DNA of 64,000 bases from Selaginella moellendorffii. Its lineage: Eukaryota > Plantae > Lycopodiophyta. Location of the stretch: positions 725,645 to 789,644 of the forward strand of contig NW_003314296.1 of assembly GCF_000143415.4 (NCBI RefSeq), in the 5' to 3' direction. A program made the translations under genes and the position numbers. The notes beneath the pieces are model-generated. The model was not told the DNA's origin. It ran no database searches and saw nothing but the letters and a program-made list of their open reading frames with translations. Positions 1-11,615 of this stretch are shown here, in pieces; within the stretch, counting starts at the first letter, position 1, and each line of letters begins with the position of its first letter.

Positions 1-350
1 GCAACCAGTGACATAATCCGCCTTGAACTGGCAGCCGTCATTGTAAGTCTTAATACCACACTTGGCGCAGTTGCGAGCACGGAGTTCGTCAAAGGCAGTG
101 ATCATCTCGGAGCCATTGAGGTCGCAGTTGGAGCCAGAGACAAAGAGGCCACAGTGGCCAGAGCAGACGCCGCTGGAGCCTTTGTTGCCGCCGGTGAAGT
201 AGCAGTTGCTAGGCTGAATCTGGTGGCGAGCAGCATCCAGTGTAGAGCCAGCGCACGAGTAGGAGTCCTGAGCATGAGAGCCCCGCAACAACATGATGAT
301 CATGAGATTCACAAGACATTGAGAGCTAGCGCCATGTTCATTGACTTCAT
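1..350 (-). CDS. KP4 killer-toxin-like small secreted Cys-rich protein; runs off the window edge, 5' end possibly frameshifted
   Basis: Hand translation of 303->1: MIIMLLRGSHAQDSYSCAGSTLDAARHQIQPSNCYFTGGNKGSSGVCSGHCGLFVSGSNCDLNGSEMITAFDELRARNCAKCGIKTYNDGCQFKADYVTGC. It has the N-terminal xCxGS, the CxxCG and the terminal (D/N)YVxxC pattern of KP4-family proteins. An upstream ATG at 350 (MKSMNMALAL) is one base out of frame with the hydrophobic CLVNLMIIMLL. Confidence 0.7.
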
Positions 351-383
351 GGTTACTAAGTTACTGATAGATCTCGAGCCCAT

Positions 384-391
384 TATTTATA
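384..391 (-). promoter_or_regulatory. TATA box candidate for the KP4-like gene
   Basis: TATAAATA on the minus strand, about 35 bp upstream of ATG 350. Confidence 0.45.
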
Positions 392-1014
392 AGGTGTGGG
401 CGGGCACAGAAGCGGGTCTAGCTTTGCTCTCCCAGCAAGACTTCCAAAACTTAGGCGGTCAAGGAGGGACTCAATTAAAATTGCATGGCCTGCCCAGAGA
501 AGCGTGTTTAACCTTGCTTTACAAGTCACAACTTGTTTAGACGGCGACTTGTTCACATAAATGAACACGATCCCGCGAGAAGGCTTCAGCTGTATTTTAT
601 TAAAAGTCCATTTTCTTTGTTAAAATTTGCTCTTTGGTAGCCGGCAATAGTGTTAATATATATCAGCTTGATCGACATGGCCCAATTGACCGAGTGTGAA
701 ACCTGAGCCATCGCGTCCATCAGGCCGATGGCCCAATCTTATTTTGATCATAAGATTTGGTGGTGCGGAGGTGGCATACGACAGGTTCGGCATGTTCTAG
801 CTGGCTGCCGAGCCCGATATCACTCAATGATTGTCATTCTTTTCTTTTCTCACACTTAATTTCAGCTTGGATTTGTGTCAGTCAATTTTACTTACATTTA
901 TGTAAAACTGTTTTGTTTAAGATGCTTCTAATATATTTTATCTCATGGTATATATATATTTCGATTAAATTTGTATTTTTGATTTGCTTAAGCAAACCTG
1001 TAAGAGTGGATATA

Positions 1015-1225
1015 TCTAGAATATTCTTGATATTCTAGGATATTCTACTATCCAATGGTTGTTATTTATTAGATTAATCTTGTATTTATAATTTATAAAT
1101 ATGTTTATAATATACAAACTTTCTTGAACACTTTCTAGTATATATTTTTTTTCTCTACCATCTAATGGTTGATATGCAATAAAATTAGTCTTGTATTTAT
1201 AAATTATAAACATGTTTATTATTCT
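1015..1225. repeat. AT-rich dispersed repeat (MITE-like)
   Basis: 1100-1215 resembles the reverse complement of 33130-33235; 1020-1050 resembles 33241-33270; 1058-1092 resembles 63818-63850. Confidence 0.5.
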
Positions 1226-1871
1226 AAATTTTAAATTTGATCAATTGGATTAATAAGTAGAAATAATACTACTATTAAGAAAACCAAACATTACTACATG
1301 CAACACGTAACAAATTATTGTACATAGTTGAAGGTTTTGCATTTGCACTTTTGATGTCTGGAATATGCTCATCACTAAGAGTAACAAGGAATTTAATTCT
1401 ACAAAGCCACTCTTTGCATGTGCAACATCATAATACTACTGGTTTGTTTCAATTAATAACACTGTTTATTTAACAATTGTCTATAAATTTCAGAAGGGTG
1501 GGGACACAGATTCCAGGGGACTGAGTGTGTAGAATGTGGAAGGTCCTAAACAACATGAAACAGTTTTCCGTGCATTTGTAAAGCAGATTCGTTTAGCATA
1601 GAAAAGGTGGTGGAACACAAGGTATCGTCTTTCTTTCGTCAAAGAAAACTCAATAAGCTGCAGATGCCCTGAGGCTATCATTGCTGGGGTTGTGCTTGCT
1701 CGCCTTTCCTCTGATGATCCTATAAGTGGGTGGGAGATGCGTTTTAAAAAACCACCATTCCACGACGACGACGTGGTTTGATTTAACACAAACTCTTATG
1801 ACCCGGACGCGTGGACAGGAAAGAAGAAATAGGGTCAGCTCTCTGTTCTCTCTCTCTCTCTCTCTCGATCG

Positions 1872-4800
1872 ATGGGAAGCTCTCCATCTCCAGATTGCTT
1901 GGAGCCGCCGCAAGGATCTCTCGTCTTCGCATTGAATGGAAATCGCGTGGAGCTCCACCATGTCGATCCCTCCATGACGCTGCTCGCGTTCCTCCGCAAC
2001 GAGGCGGCGCTCACGGGCACCAAGCTCGGCTGCGGCGAGGGTAAGAATCCATCGATTGATCGCTCTGAGCTCTGGAATCCCGATATTTCGAGCAGGAGGA
2101 TGTGGAGCATGCGTGGTTCTTGTGTCCAAGCACAACGCCTCCCGCGGCGAGAGCGAGGATTTCACCGTGAATTCGTGCCTGGCGCCTCTCTGCTCGCTCC
2201 ACGGCTGCGCCGTCACGACGATCGAAGGCCTGGGAAACTCCCGCGACGGGCTCCACTCGATCCAGAAGAGATTTGCGGGGTTCCATGGCTCGCAGTGTGG
2301 ATTTTGCACGCCGGGTATGTGCATGTCGCTCTACGGCGCGCTGCGATCGCAGTCCAGGCCTACGCAGACGGTGGATTTGGAGAAATCCATCGCTGCGAAT
2401 CTGTGCCGCTGCACGGGCTATAGGCCGATCTCCGATATTTGCAAGAGCTTCTCCAGCGATGTGGATCTTGAGGACCTCGGGATAAATTCCTACTGGAAGC
2501 TGGGAGATACGCCGGATAGAAATCTCCTGCCGGGCTACAATCCAGGACTGGAAGGTTCTCGGTTCCCCGACTTTCTGGATCGTCAGGATCACTCTCTCGT
2601 TGCTCTGGGTTCTACGAAGAAATGGATTCGACCGGGTGGTTTGGAGGAAGTTTTCACGATGCTCGAGAGGTATCAAGACACGGCCAGGCTCGTAGCTGGA
2701 AACACCAGCACAGGGATTTACAAGGACGATCTCCAGTCCAGTCCGGAAGTTTTCATAGAGATTGGTGCCGTTCCAGAGCTCCTGGAGGAGAAAGTTATCG
2801 AGGATGGGATTGAAGTCGGTGCTGCCGTGAAGATATCCAAGCTTATAGCTCTCCTCGAAGCTTCTGGCCGCAGTGATTCGAGCGGAGTTTATCTCAAGTT
2901 GGCCGAGCACATGAGAAAAGTGGCAACTTTGCACGTACGAAACGCCGGGAGCGTGGGTGGAAATCTGATCCTGGCACAGAAGCTCGGCTTCGACTCCGAC
3001 ATTGCGACTATACTGGTTGGAGCCGGCGCTTCGGTCAAGGTGGTGACGCAGAAGTTTGGAGAATCACGGCAGTCTGTGGAGGACTTTGTGGCAGCTACCT
3101 GGGACGGGAAAAGCATTCTAAAGTCGATCTGCATCCCATCCTACAGCAAGCAGGACAACGTCAGGTTTGACTCATACAGGGCATCACCTCGGCCTCTCGG
3201 AAACGCCGTGGCTTACGTGAATGCGGCGTTTCTCGTCAATCTCTCGGGTGACGGACGAGTTTGCGAGTCGAGGCTCGCGTTCGGTGCTTTTGGAGGAGAG
3301 CCTACTTGTCAGCGTGCTACTGAAGTTGAGAGGTTTCTCGAAGGGAAGGTGGTGGACGGTGGAGTTATGTTGGAGGCCATCCAGCTCGCGAAGGTTTGTA
3401 TAGTGCCGAAGAAGGGGACCTCGAAGGCCGACTACAGGTCTTCGCTTGTTGCGAGCTTCCTCTTCAAGTTCTTAAGCTCTCTAGCCGCTCCAAGCAGCAG
3501 CATTGTACCTGAGCTCCCGTATGTTACACAGGCCCAGAATGGAAGCACCCCGAGGTCGTCAAGAAAGATCATGTCTGGGAGACAGACATTGCAAGAACAT
3601 CTCCAGGGAGCTGTCGGACAGCCAATGTCCAAGGTTATGGGAGAGCTTCAAGCTTCAGGTAAGCTGTTCTGTTTTGGTTTTAGTTTTTGTTCTTAAAACT
3701 TCTCTTCAGGTGAAGCTATTTACGTGGATGATATTCCAGCTCCGAGGGACTGCGTGCACGCAGTCTATGTTTACAGTACGAAAGCATTGGCAAAGATAAA
3801 CGGAATCCGGCTGGAGAATGCACTGGCTTCGCCTGGCGCGCTGTCCTTCGTTGGAGTTGATGACATTCCTTCTGGCGGACAGAATATGGGCCTCGTCTCC
3901 GATCTCTCTCAAGAAAAGCTCTTCGCCGAGGATAAAGTCGAGTGCGTGGGCCATGCCGTCGGACTTATGGTAAGCTACGGACGAATCCATTGATTTTAAA
4001 CCTGTCCTCGTCCAGATTGCGGACACGCTGAGAAACGCCAAGGCCGCCGCCGGCAAAGTTGTGATTGATTACGACACGGAGTCTGTCGGCTCTCCCGTGC
4101 TAACCATGGAAGAAGCGGTTGCCAGAGGGGAACTCCACGAGACCCCACAGTTTTTCAAGGCTATGATGAAGGATAAACACGGTAATGTTGCCGAAGAGAT
4201 GGCCAAGGCCAGTCTTAAGATCGAAAACGCTGAGGTAAAACGGAGCAATTTTTATTTTGCAAGCACGTTTTGATCACGAGTGGAACTTCCAGGTGGGCAC
4301 AGGGTCGCAGTACTATTTCTACATGGAACCACAGACTGCGTTGGTCGTTCCGGACGAGGACAACTGTCTCGTCGTCTACAGTTCCTGCCAGAGCCCCGAC
4401 TTTGTGCAACACAGCGTGTCAGCCTGCCTCGGCTTGCCCATGCACAACGTGAGAGTCATCACCCGACGAGTTGGCGGAGGATTTGGAGGCAAAGGCACCA
4501 AAGCCTGCCTGGTAAGTAGTCTACAGTTTTGCATCTTCTTGCATCAAAACTATGGTTTTTGTTGCGAGCACTTCCTTTCTCTCATCTTCGTTTTCTCGCA
4601 TTCCCTTTTACACCCTTGCTTCTAAGCATGAATCGTGCAGGTTGCCTCTGCCTGTGCACTCGCCGCGTACAAACTCCGCCGCCCCGTCCGCCTCACTCTC
4701 GACCGCAACACAGACATGATCATGATGGGTGGAAGGCACCCAATGAAGGCCGTTTACGACGTAGGCTTCGAGCCCGACGGCAAGATCAACGCCCTCCACG

Positions 4801-6467
4801 CCAAGATCTTCATCCAAGGAGGCTGGTCGCCAGAATTCACCCCTGTCATGCCAATGGGGGTGCTCTCCGCCCTTAAGAAGCTCAACTGGGGAGCCTTCTC
4901 CTTCGAGTTCGTGCTGTGCCGGACCAACATCCCGAGCAGGACGGTCATGCGCGCCCCGGGCGACGTCCAAGGCTGCTTCTTCGCCGACGCAGTGGTCGAG
5001 CACGTCGCAGCTCTCACAAACTTGAGCTCGGAGCTCGTCATGGAGCGCAACCTCCACTCGGTCGAGAGCGCCGGGGCAGCCTACGGCGCGGCCGCGGTCG
5101 GGGGCGAGGAAGGATACACTCTCCCGGCGGTCTGGTCGCGGCTGAAAGATCGAGCAAAAGTTGACGAGCGGCTCCGTGGAGTGGAGAGATACAACGCAGC
5201 CAACGCTTGGAAGAAGCGCGGGGTGGCGGTGTCGCAGAGCACGTACACTGTGCAGCAGCGGTACCAGCCAGGGAGAGTGTCGATCATGGCGGATGGATCC
5301 GTGGTGGTGGAGACTGGCGGCGTGGAGATTGGACAGGGGCTGTGGACCAAAGTGAGGCAGGCGGCGGCGAGCGCGCTGGGTGAGGGGCTCGGCGGTGGAA
5401 TTTGCGTGGACGTCGGGAGAGTCCGGGTGGTCCAGGCGGATACCATTAGCATGCCGCACGGTGGATGGACTGGCGGTAGTACCACGTCCGAGGCGAGCTG
5501 CGAGGCCGTGCGGAAGGCTTGCCGGGTGCTCGTCGATCGCTTTAAGCCGATTCATGAGAAGAGAATGGCTGAGTGCCGGGATGGAGAGACGGTGTCGTCG
5601 TGGGAATCGCTCGTTCTTGCTGTAAGTTTGTGATTGTTTTGATTTTTGCTTTCGTTTCTATCCTTTAATGTTTTGCAGGCAAAGAATGCTCGGGTCGAGA
5701 TGGCCGCGCAAACTGCCTTCGTTTCGTCGCCTGAGGCCCTGACGTACATAAACTATGGTGCTGCTGCTAGTGAGGTAAGATCGTTTTATCCATCTCTTGT
5801 TCTTTCATTTTCTTATTTTTTGTTTTGTTTTGGTTTCATCCATGGCTTGGATTTTCTCTTGTCAAGGTTGAGATCGATGTTCTCACTGGCGAGTACGAAA
5901 TTCTCCAAACCGACATTGTCTACGACTGTGGGAAGAGCATAAATCCGGCCGTGGACATTGGACAGGTAACATATTTCCAGAAACTATTGCAAGCTCTTAG
6001 AGAGATTCTTCATTTCCAGATCGAGGGTGCGTTTGCTCAAGGCGTGGGATTCTTTACATCCGAGGAGCATCGCCACGACGAGCAAGGAAAGCTTATAAAC
6101 GATGGAACATGGACGTACAAGCCTCCAACGCTGGACAACTTACCTCGCCATCTCAATGTGGAGCTCCTCAACAGCAAAGTTCACGAGCACAGGATACTGT
6201 CATCCAAAGGCAAGCCTCCACTCCTTTCTTTCCTATGCTGTTCCTTAGAGATCGTCTTGATCGAGCTCCTTGAATTGTGTAGCTTCTGGAGAGCCACCTT
6301 TGCTCCTGGCATCGTCAGTGCACGGTGCTCTCAGGCACGCCATAGCTGCTGCTCGTAAGAACCTCCGCGATCCGGAGCCTTATTTCCAGCTAGACGCCCC
6401 AGCCACGATAGACAAGGTGCGAATGCTCTGCGGCGTCGAAAACATAGAGCTTTATCTCAAAGCTTAA
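1872..6467 (+). CDS. AAO: Aldehyde oxidase (molybdo-flavoenzyme, AAO/XDH family), multi-exon
   Basis: 2Fe-2S motifs GTKLGCGEGGCGAC (across intron 2041-2095), QCGFCTPG and NLCRCTGY. FAD domain LVAGNT..HVRNAGSVGGN. Moco motifs QYYFYMEPQ, RRVGGGFGGK, MRAPG, GGVEIGQGLWTK, GGSTTSE and catalytic SGEPP. GT-AG introns link the ORF pieces. Confidence 0.95.
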
Positions 6468-6502
6468 GAGGTATCGCAAGCTTTTCTCGAGCTGTAAACT
6501 AT

Positions 6503-8058
6503 CTATGGTATAAGGACAGTAGAGCCAGTTGTTCTTCGGTTCTCGATATCATCGTGAGCCTTTGCTGCGTCCGAGAGAGGGTAAGTCTGGTTTACGCGGA
6601 CTTTGAGAACTCCGGCCTCGACGTTGTGGAAGAGATCATTGGCAATCTCCAGTAGCTCGTCCCTGTTGGTGGTATACTGGATCAGCGATGGCCTGGTGAG
6701 GAAGAGCGACTTTGGAGCGAGTATGGACATTGTGAAAGGATCTGGAGCGCCGGAGGATTGTCCATAACTTATCATGTAACCGCGAGTAGCCAAGCAATCG
6801 AGAGATCCCTGGAAGAAAAGAGAAGAAAGTTTGAAAACTCTAACTAAAGAACTTGTGAAAGAACTTTGCGAAGAACTTTGCAAAGAACTTTGCGTGAACT
6901 TTGCAAAGAAAGAGGTACCTGGAACGTGTCCCTGCCAACCGAGTCGTAGACAACGTGAACGCCGCTATTGTTTGTGATGGCCATGACTCGCTTGCCAAAG
7001 TCTTCCTTGGAGTAAATGATTACGTGGTGGCATCCATCCTCAGTGGCCTGGCGAGCTTTTTCTTCGCTTGAGACGCAGCCAATGACTTGAGCACCCAGCG
7101 AACGAGCCCACTGGCAGAGCAGCGAGCCAACACCACCGGCAGCGGCGTGAACTAGAATCGTGTGCTTGGGTCCTACCTGAGAGAACAAAAAAACAGAAGA
7201 ACTAAGAAACTAGAACCGAAAAAATATAAGAAAACCTTGAAGGTTTTTCGAAGCAGCATTTGTGCGGTCATTCCTTTGAGCAGTATCGCTCCCGCTTTGA
7301 TGAAGTCCACACTTTCAGGAATGGGAACTAACGCACGCGCTGGAACAATCTGTTCTTCAGCGTAGGCACCGAAAGCTCCCATGCATCCAACTTTGTCTCC
7401 CACTTTGGCGTCTGTCACGCCTGGACCGATTGCAATGACCTCGCCAGCAGACTCGAAGCCTGTTGAAAAGAAGAACGAAACGAAGACGAAAAGAAGATCA
7501 ATATGAAAGCAAAGAAGAAAAGAATGAAAAAACGATGAGAGGAATTGATATACTCTGGCTGGGCTTACCAGGAACATATGGCATTTTGGCGCCGTAGACC
7601 CCCTTCCGAAAGTAAACATCGATGAAGTTGAGACCAACAGCTTTAATTCGGATCTTAACTTGGCCCTCGCCGGGCTCTCCCACGTCCAGTTCTTCATATT
7701 TTAGTACCTGTAAGATCACAGCATAGGGGAAAGAACAAGAGGACAAAAACAAAGAAAGGGTTCTTCTTCACGCAATATGCAAATAGAAGAATCACATAGA
7801 ACATGAACAAATCCTTCTCAAGCATCACAGTTTGCTCAATCAGGGCTTGGACCAAGCAAACACTGTCAACCAAGCAAGAAATTCCAGCCAAACACGAGAA
7901 ATCCGGACGAAAACCGAGAAATTACGCTAGAACAGCGCACGATCTCGCTGAATTTCGCAAGAAATTCGCGGTATCGCGAAACCCTAGCTGGAAGAAACGA
8001 TGGCGCTTGCTTTTACCTCTGGGCCGCCAGGCGTGTAAACCTTGAAGCCCTTCACCAT
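6503..8058 (-). CDS. Zeta-crystallin-type NADPH:quinone oxidoreductase (MDR family), multi-exon
   Basis: Exons MVKGFKVYTPGGPE / VLKYEELDVGEPGEGQVKIRIKAVGLNFIDVYFRKG / GFESAGEV / ILVHAAAGGVGSLLCQWA / VYDSVG / SYGQSSG..KSLFLTRPSL..RRTTGSTVLIP. Confidence 0.93.
6847..6908. repeat. Intronic 12-bp tandem repeat (AAGAACTTTGCR-like, ~5 units)
   Basis: aagaacttgtga aagaactttgcg aagaactttgca aagaactttgcg tgaactttgca. Confidence 0.7.
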
Positions 8059-8700
8059 TGTTTGCTTTACCTTTGTGTATAAAAACAAGATTATATCCGG
8101 CGTGTAAACGTAATACCCACGGGTTAAAGAAGAAGCTAACACAATGACATAAACGGGAATGCAGTTGATGAGAGAGCCCTTGATTTCTTTCTTCGTCGCC
8201 AGAACAGAGATAGATAGGGAGGCGCCAGGGCGCTGCGCGAGAATTTTCCAGCGCCAGGGAATTTTCCAGCGCCCCGGATAGAATGTCACTGGCGCCGTGA
8301 CGGCATGGAATCCTGGAAGAAGACGCAGCGGCGGTGGCAGCGGCAGCGGCATCGGCATCGGCAGCACGGGATCCAGCTCCTCGAGCTCGTCACGGCGAGC
8401 GGCAGCGCTTGTGAATCCGTGGCCGGGCGACAAAGATCGGGCATTTCTTGCTGCGTGGACGGATTTCTTCCCACCAGGTGCGTGAGAATGCTGGAAATGT
8501 GAGCCCCGGGGGCGCGGCCTGGGGATTTTCTCGAGCTCTGGCGCTGCGATCGGGGGGATTTTCTGGCATTTGAGCTGCGGGAAAATCGTTTCTAGGTTTT
8601 TTTCTAGGGCAGGAGGGTCGGGAGTTCTTGGTAGAACAGATGCATGGCGGTTCGAGGAAGGATTCTAGCACCGGGGAGTGAGTAGAGCAGTGCTTTCAAG

Positions 8701-11307
8701 ATGCCGCTACTGAGGCAGGAAGTTTTCTTGCTGGCTGAGACGCCAGAGGATTTGTCGCCCGACGAGATGGTGTTCCAGGTCCGGTTCACGAAGGAGATTT
8801 TTCGGGACTATGAGTATGTGCATTCTTTCTTTCATAGTTCTCGGTTTGAGCTCCTTGATGTTTTAATGCAGCGAGTATGTGAGACGCATGAATCTCTATC
8901 GGCAAAAGATATGGACGTGCAAAGCTACTCGTCGGGAAGGTCTCACTTACGAGAAGGCATTGGTTTCGGAGTGTCGAGCAGCTCAAAAGGCCGAGTTTCC
9001 GAAAGATTTCATGGGACCAGTTCTACACCTGGTCCAATTTAGTAAGTGATCGACTTGGAATTTTGTTCTGTAACATATTGTCCTATTTCTGCCAGGTGAG
9101 CTTGAGATCGATGAGCTCGTTGACCACGTTTTTACGACTCTCAGCGATAGATTTGTTCCTGGGGAGGAAATCCCAAGCATTGCCGACGATGCGAGACGGA
9201 AGTGCAGGATACTTGACGTCTCTGAACAAGATGGAGAGAATGGTACAAAGGCTTTAAAGTACGAAGTCGGCTGGCTCGATGGAGAAGGGCAGATTACCGA
9301 GAAGGCTGTGGAGGATCCTATCAACTTGATGAAGAGAAAGCTACCGTTTACAAAAGAAGCGTTGAAGAAGTTTATTCAGGAGTCAGCTTATGGAGAAGTA
9401 ACGCTGGACATGCCTTGGTTGGTGCGGGACAAGCTCGCTAGGAAGTTCAAAATACCTTTTGATCCACCGAAAGAGGAGAAGCAGTTGCACACTAGACTCG
9501 ATCCGACTCAAAGACAAGTCAACCAATCTTACTTTGTAAGTGCGTGATGTTTCTTTCTGTCTTCTTACTGCCTTTCCAGGACGAAAGTTTGCAAGATGCC
9601 GATGTTGAGTATACAGCTCGAAAGCGCAGCAAGAAATACAGGGATTGCGGATCGAGTGGTAGATCAAAGAAAAAGTACGATGGTAAGCCGTCATATCTCT
9701 AGAAATTGTATCAGTCTCTGAATGGATGGTTGTTTCTGGCCAGGCTATTCGTCACCCTCCGAAGATCTCATGGATGATAATCTCCTTGAGCCAAACCCGG
9801 ATGATCCTCCGTTACCGGAACGGCCTGTGCCTTCCACAGATTTTCCGCTCGAAGCTGAGTGTATCGGCGCTACATTGATGGTGTGGGACTTTTGCAACTC
9901 ATTTAGCACATTGTTACAGCTGTCGCAGTTTTCGTTGTACGATTTGGAGAAGGCACTACTTTATACGGATGGCGAATCCTCGCTCTTATCGGAGGCGTAT
10001 TTTGCCGTTTTTCGCGTTGTCCTTGGCGAGCAGGGGGTTAAGCAGCGACTTGCCCAACGTAGAAAACGGAAAGTAATAGTAAGTACCTTCTTTCATTCGT
10101 TGATCTTTCTTACTCGATGCCATGCAGCTTTCTATAGATACATGGAAGGATGATGTTTGCGACTATTTGGAGCTCGAAGGGCCTCAAAAGTTGAAACCTT
10201 ACCTGTCAACAATTCGGACAGACTGCTACTCTAGGCTACCTGTCTTGTCCAAACTGGAGATATTCGAGGAGCTAATTGAGAGAGCCATCAACACCACCGC
10301 GATTCGCAGTCACCTGGACGAGAACATTGAAGAGTTCGAGAGTCTTTCCGCTCAAAGACGTGGCGAAGGCCTCCCGATATCCATGAGAAAGGGCTCAAGG
10401 TTTACGGAGAAAGCTAAAGCAACCGAGAGTCTGGAAAATGGCTGCACTGAAGATGTTTCAGAGTGCAAGCCCAAAGAGTGCCTGCACGAAAATGGATGCT
10501 TAATCGGGTGGCTGAAAAAAGGAAAACGGAAACGGAATGGTAACGCTGATGCAAATGGCGTCAAGAGGTTGAACTTTTCCTTCTTTCTCTTTGTGTTTTA
10601 TTGACGGGGGTGTGTTGACAGGGAATACAGCGCACGTTGTTTGTTCTTCAATAGCTCGAGGCAGACGTTGTTTAGGTGTAACAGAGTCGAACTTCACGAT
10701 GAAAGGGAGCCACAAACGGAAAAAGAAAGGGCTGAGTCTGAGCTCCAGAAAAGACTGGTACGTGTGGTTTTTTATTTTGTTCGTTTATTATCTTGTCTAT
10801 CAAACTTCAGGAGCATCTCGATCGTGAACTCGAGAAATGCACCATTCGGATGAGCCCGCTAGGGAGGGACCGCAACTACAATAGATACTGGTTTTTTCAT
10901 AGGGAGGGACGCATTTTTGTCGAAAGTGAAGACGCAAACAGCTGGTCTTTCTACAGTTCAAAGAAGGAAGTAAGTGTTTGAGTCAAGCTTGGATTGTCAG
11001 TTCGCTGACCTGTGTGGGCAAAGCAGCTCGATGAATTGCAGGAATCTTTGAACCCGAAAGGAGCAAGGGAGAAAGCTTTGCGGGACCAAATAGAGAGCAC
11101 TTACACTAGAATCAGGTATATGGTTTGCTGTTTAGTTTTTTATGGCTAAGAGCTTTCCATTTCAGTACTTCGATGCAGAAACGGTCCAAGGATGTAGCTC
11201 AGAGAATAGCTCTAGAAGAAGCCAACATACGACGATCACTACGGGTGCAGTCAGCTCCCCGGCCCACGGGGTTCTTAGCATATGTGAATAAGAACAGGAC
11301 CGCTTGA
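8701..11307 (+). CDS. WAC + DDT + WHIM domain chromatin protein (ISWI-complex subunit, DDW1-like), multi-exon
   Basis: N-terminal WAC MPLLRQEVF..VFQVRFTKEIFRDYE..WTCK. DDT IGATLMVWDFCNSFSTLLQLSQFSL. WHIM1 YSRLPVLSKLEIFEELI. WHIM2/WSD IRMSPLGRDRNYNRYWFF..WSFYSSKKELDELQESLNPKGAREKAL. Confidence 0.9.
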
Positions 11308-11615
11308 GGCTTACTCCCTCGTATCGCAACTTTGGGTTTTTTTCGTCCAGGGTTAGGAGGAATTGCTACACTGTACCCGGCAGTTTGAGGAAGACAAACT
11401 AAGCGTGTCGTTTAGTGTCGTTCAGTGTCGTTCATTTAAAATGGACACATTTCTTTGATCAGGTATGTGTGTTTCTAATTCGTTTATTCTCCTTGCAGTT
11501 TGGAAGTGGAGATATCTTCAATACGGAAAGGCAAGGTATGTGCAACTGGTCGTTCTCCTTATTCCGATCTCCTGAAAGTGTTTTCGTTTTTTTTTTTTTT
11601 GTTTTTGTATTTGAT

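Noticed and set aside
154-540. 128-aa plus-strand ORF
   Set aside because: Antisense shadow of the KP4-like frame, with no recognisable motifs
2011-5555. Long minus-strand ORFs (307 aa, 315 aa) over the aldehyde oxidase
   Set aside because: Antisense frames of GC-rich coding exons
7984-8433. 149-aa ORF as an N-terminal extension of the quinone oxidoreductase
   Set aside because: Only the last ~20 codons match the enzyme's first exon; the rest looks like promoter/UTR shared with the DDT gene. A transit-peptide exon cannot be excluded.
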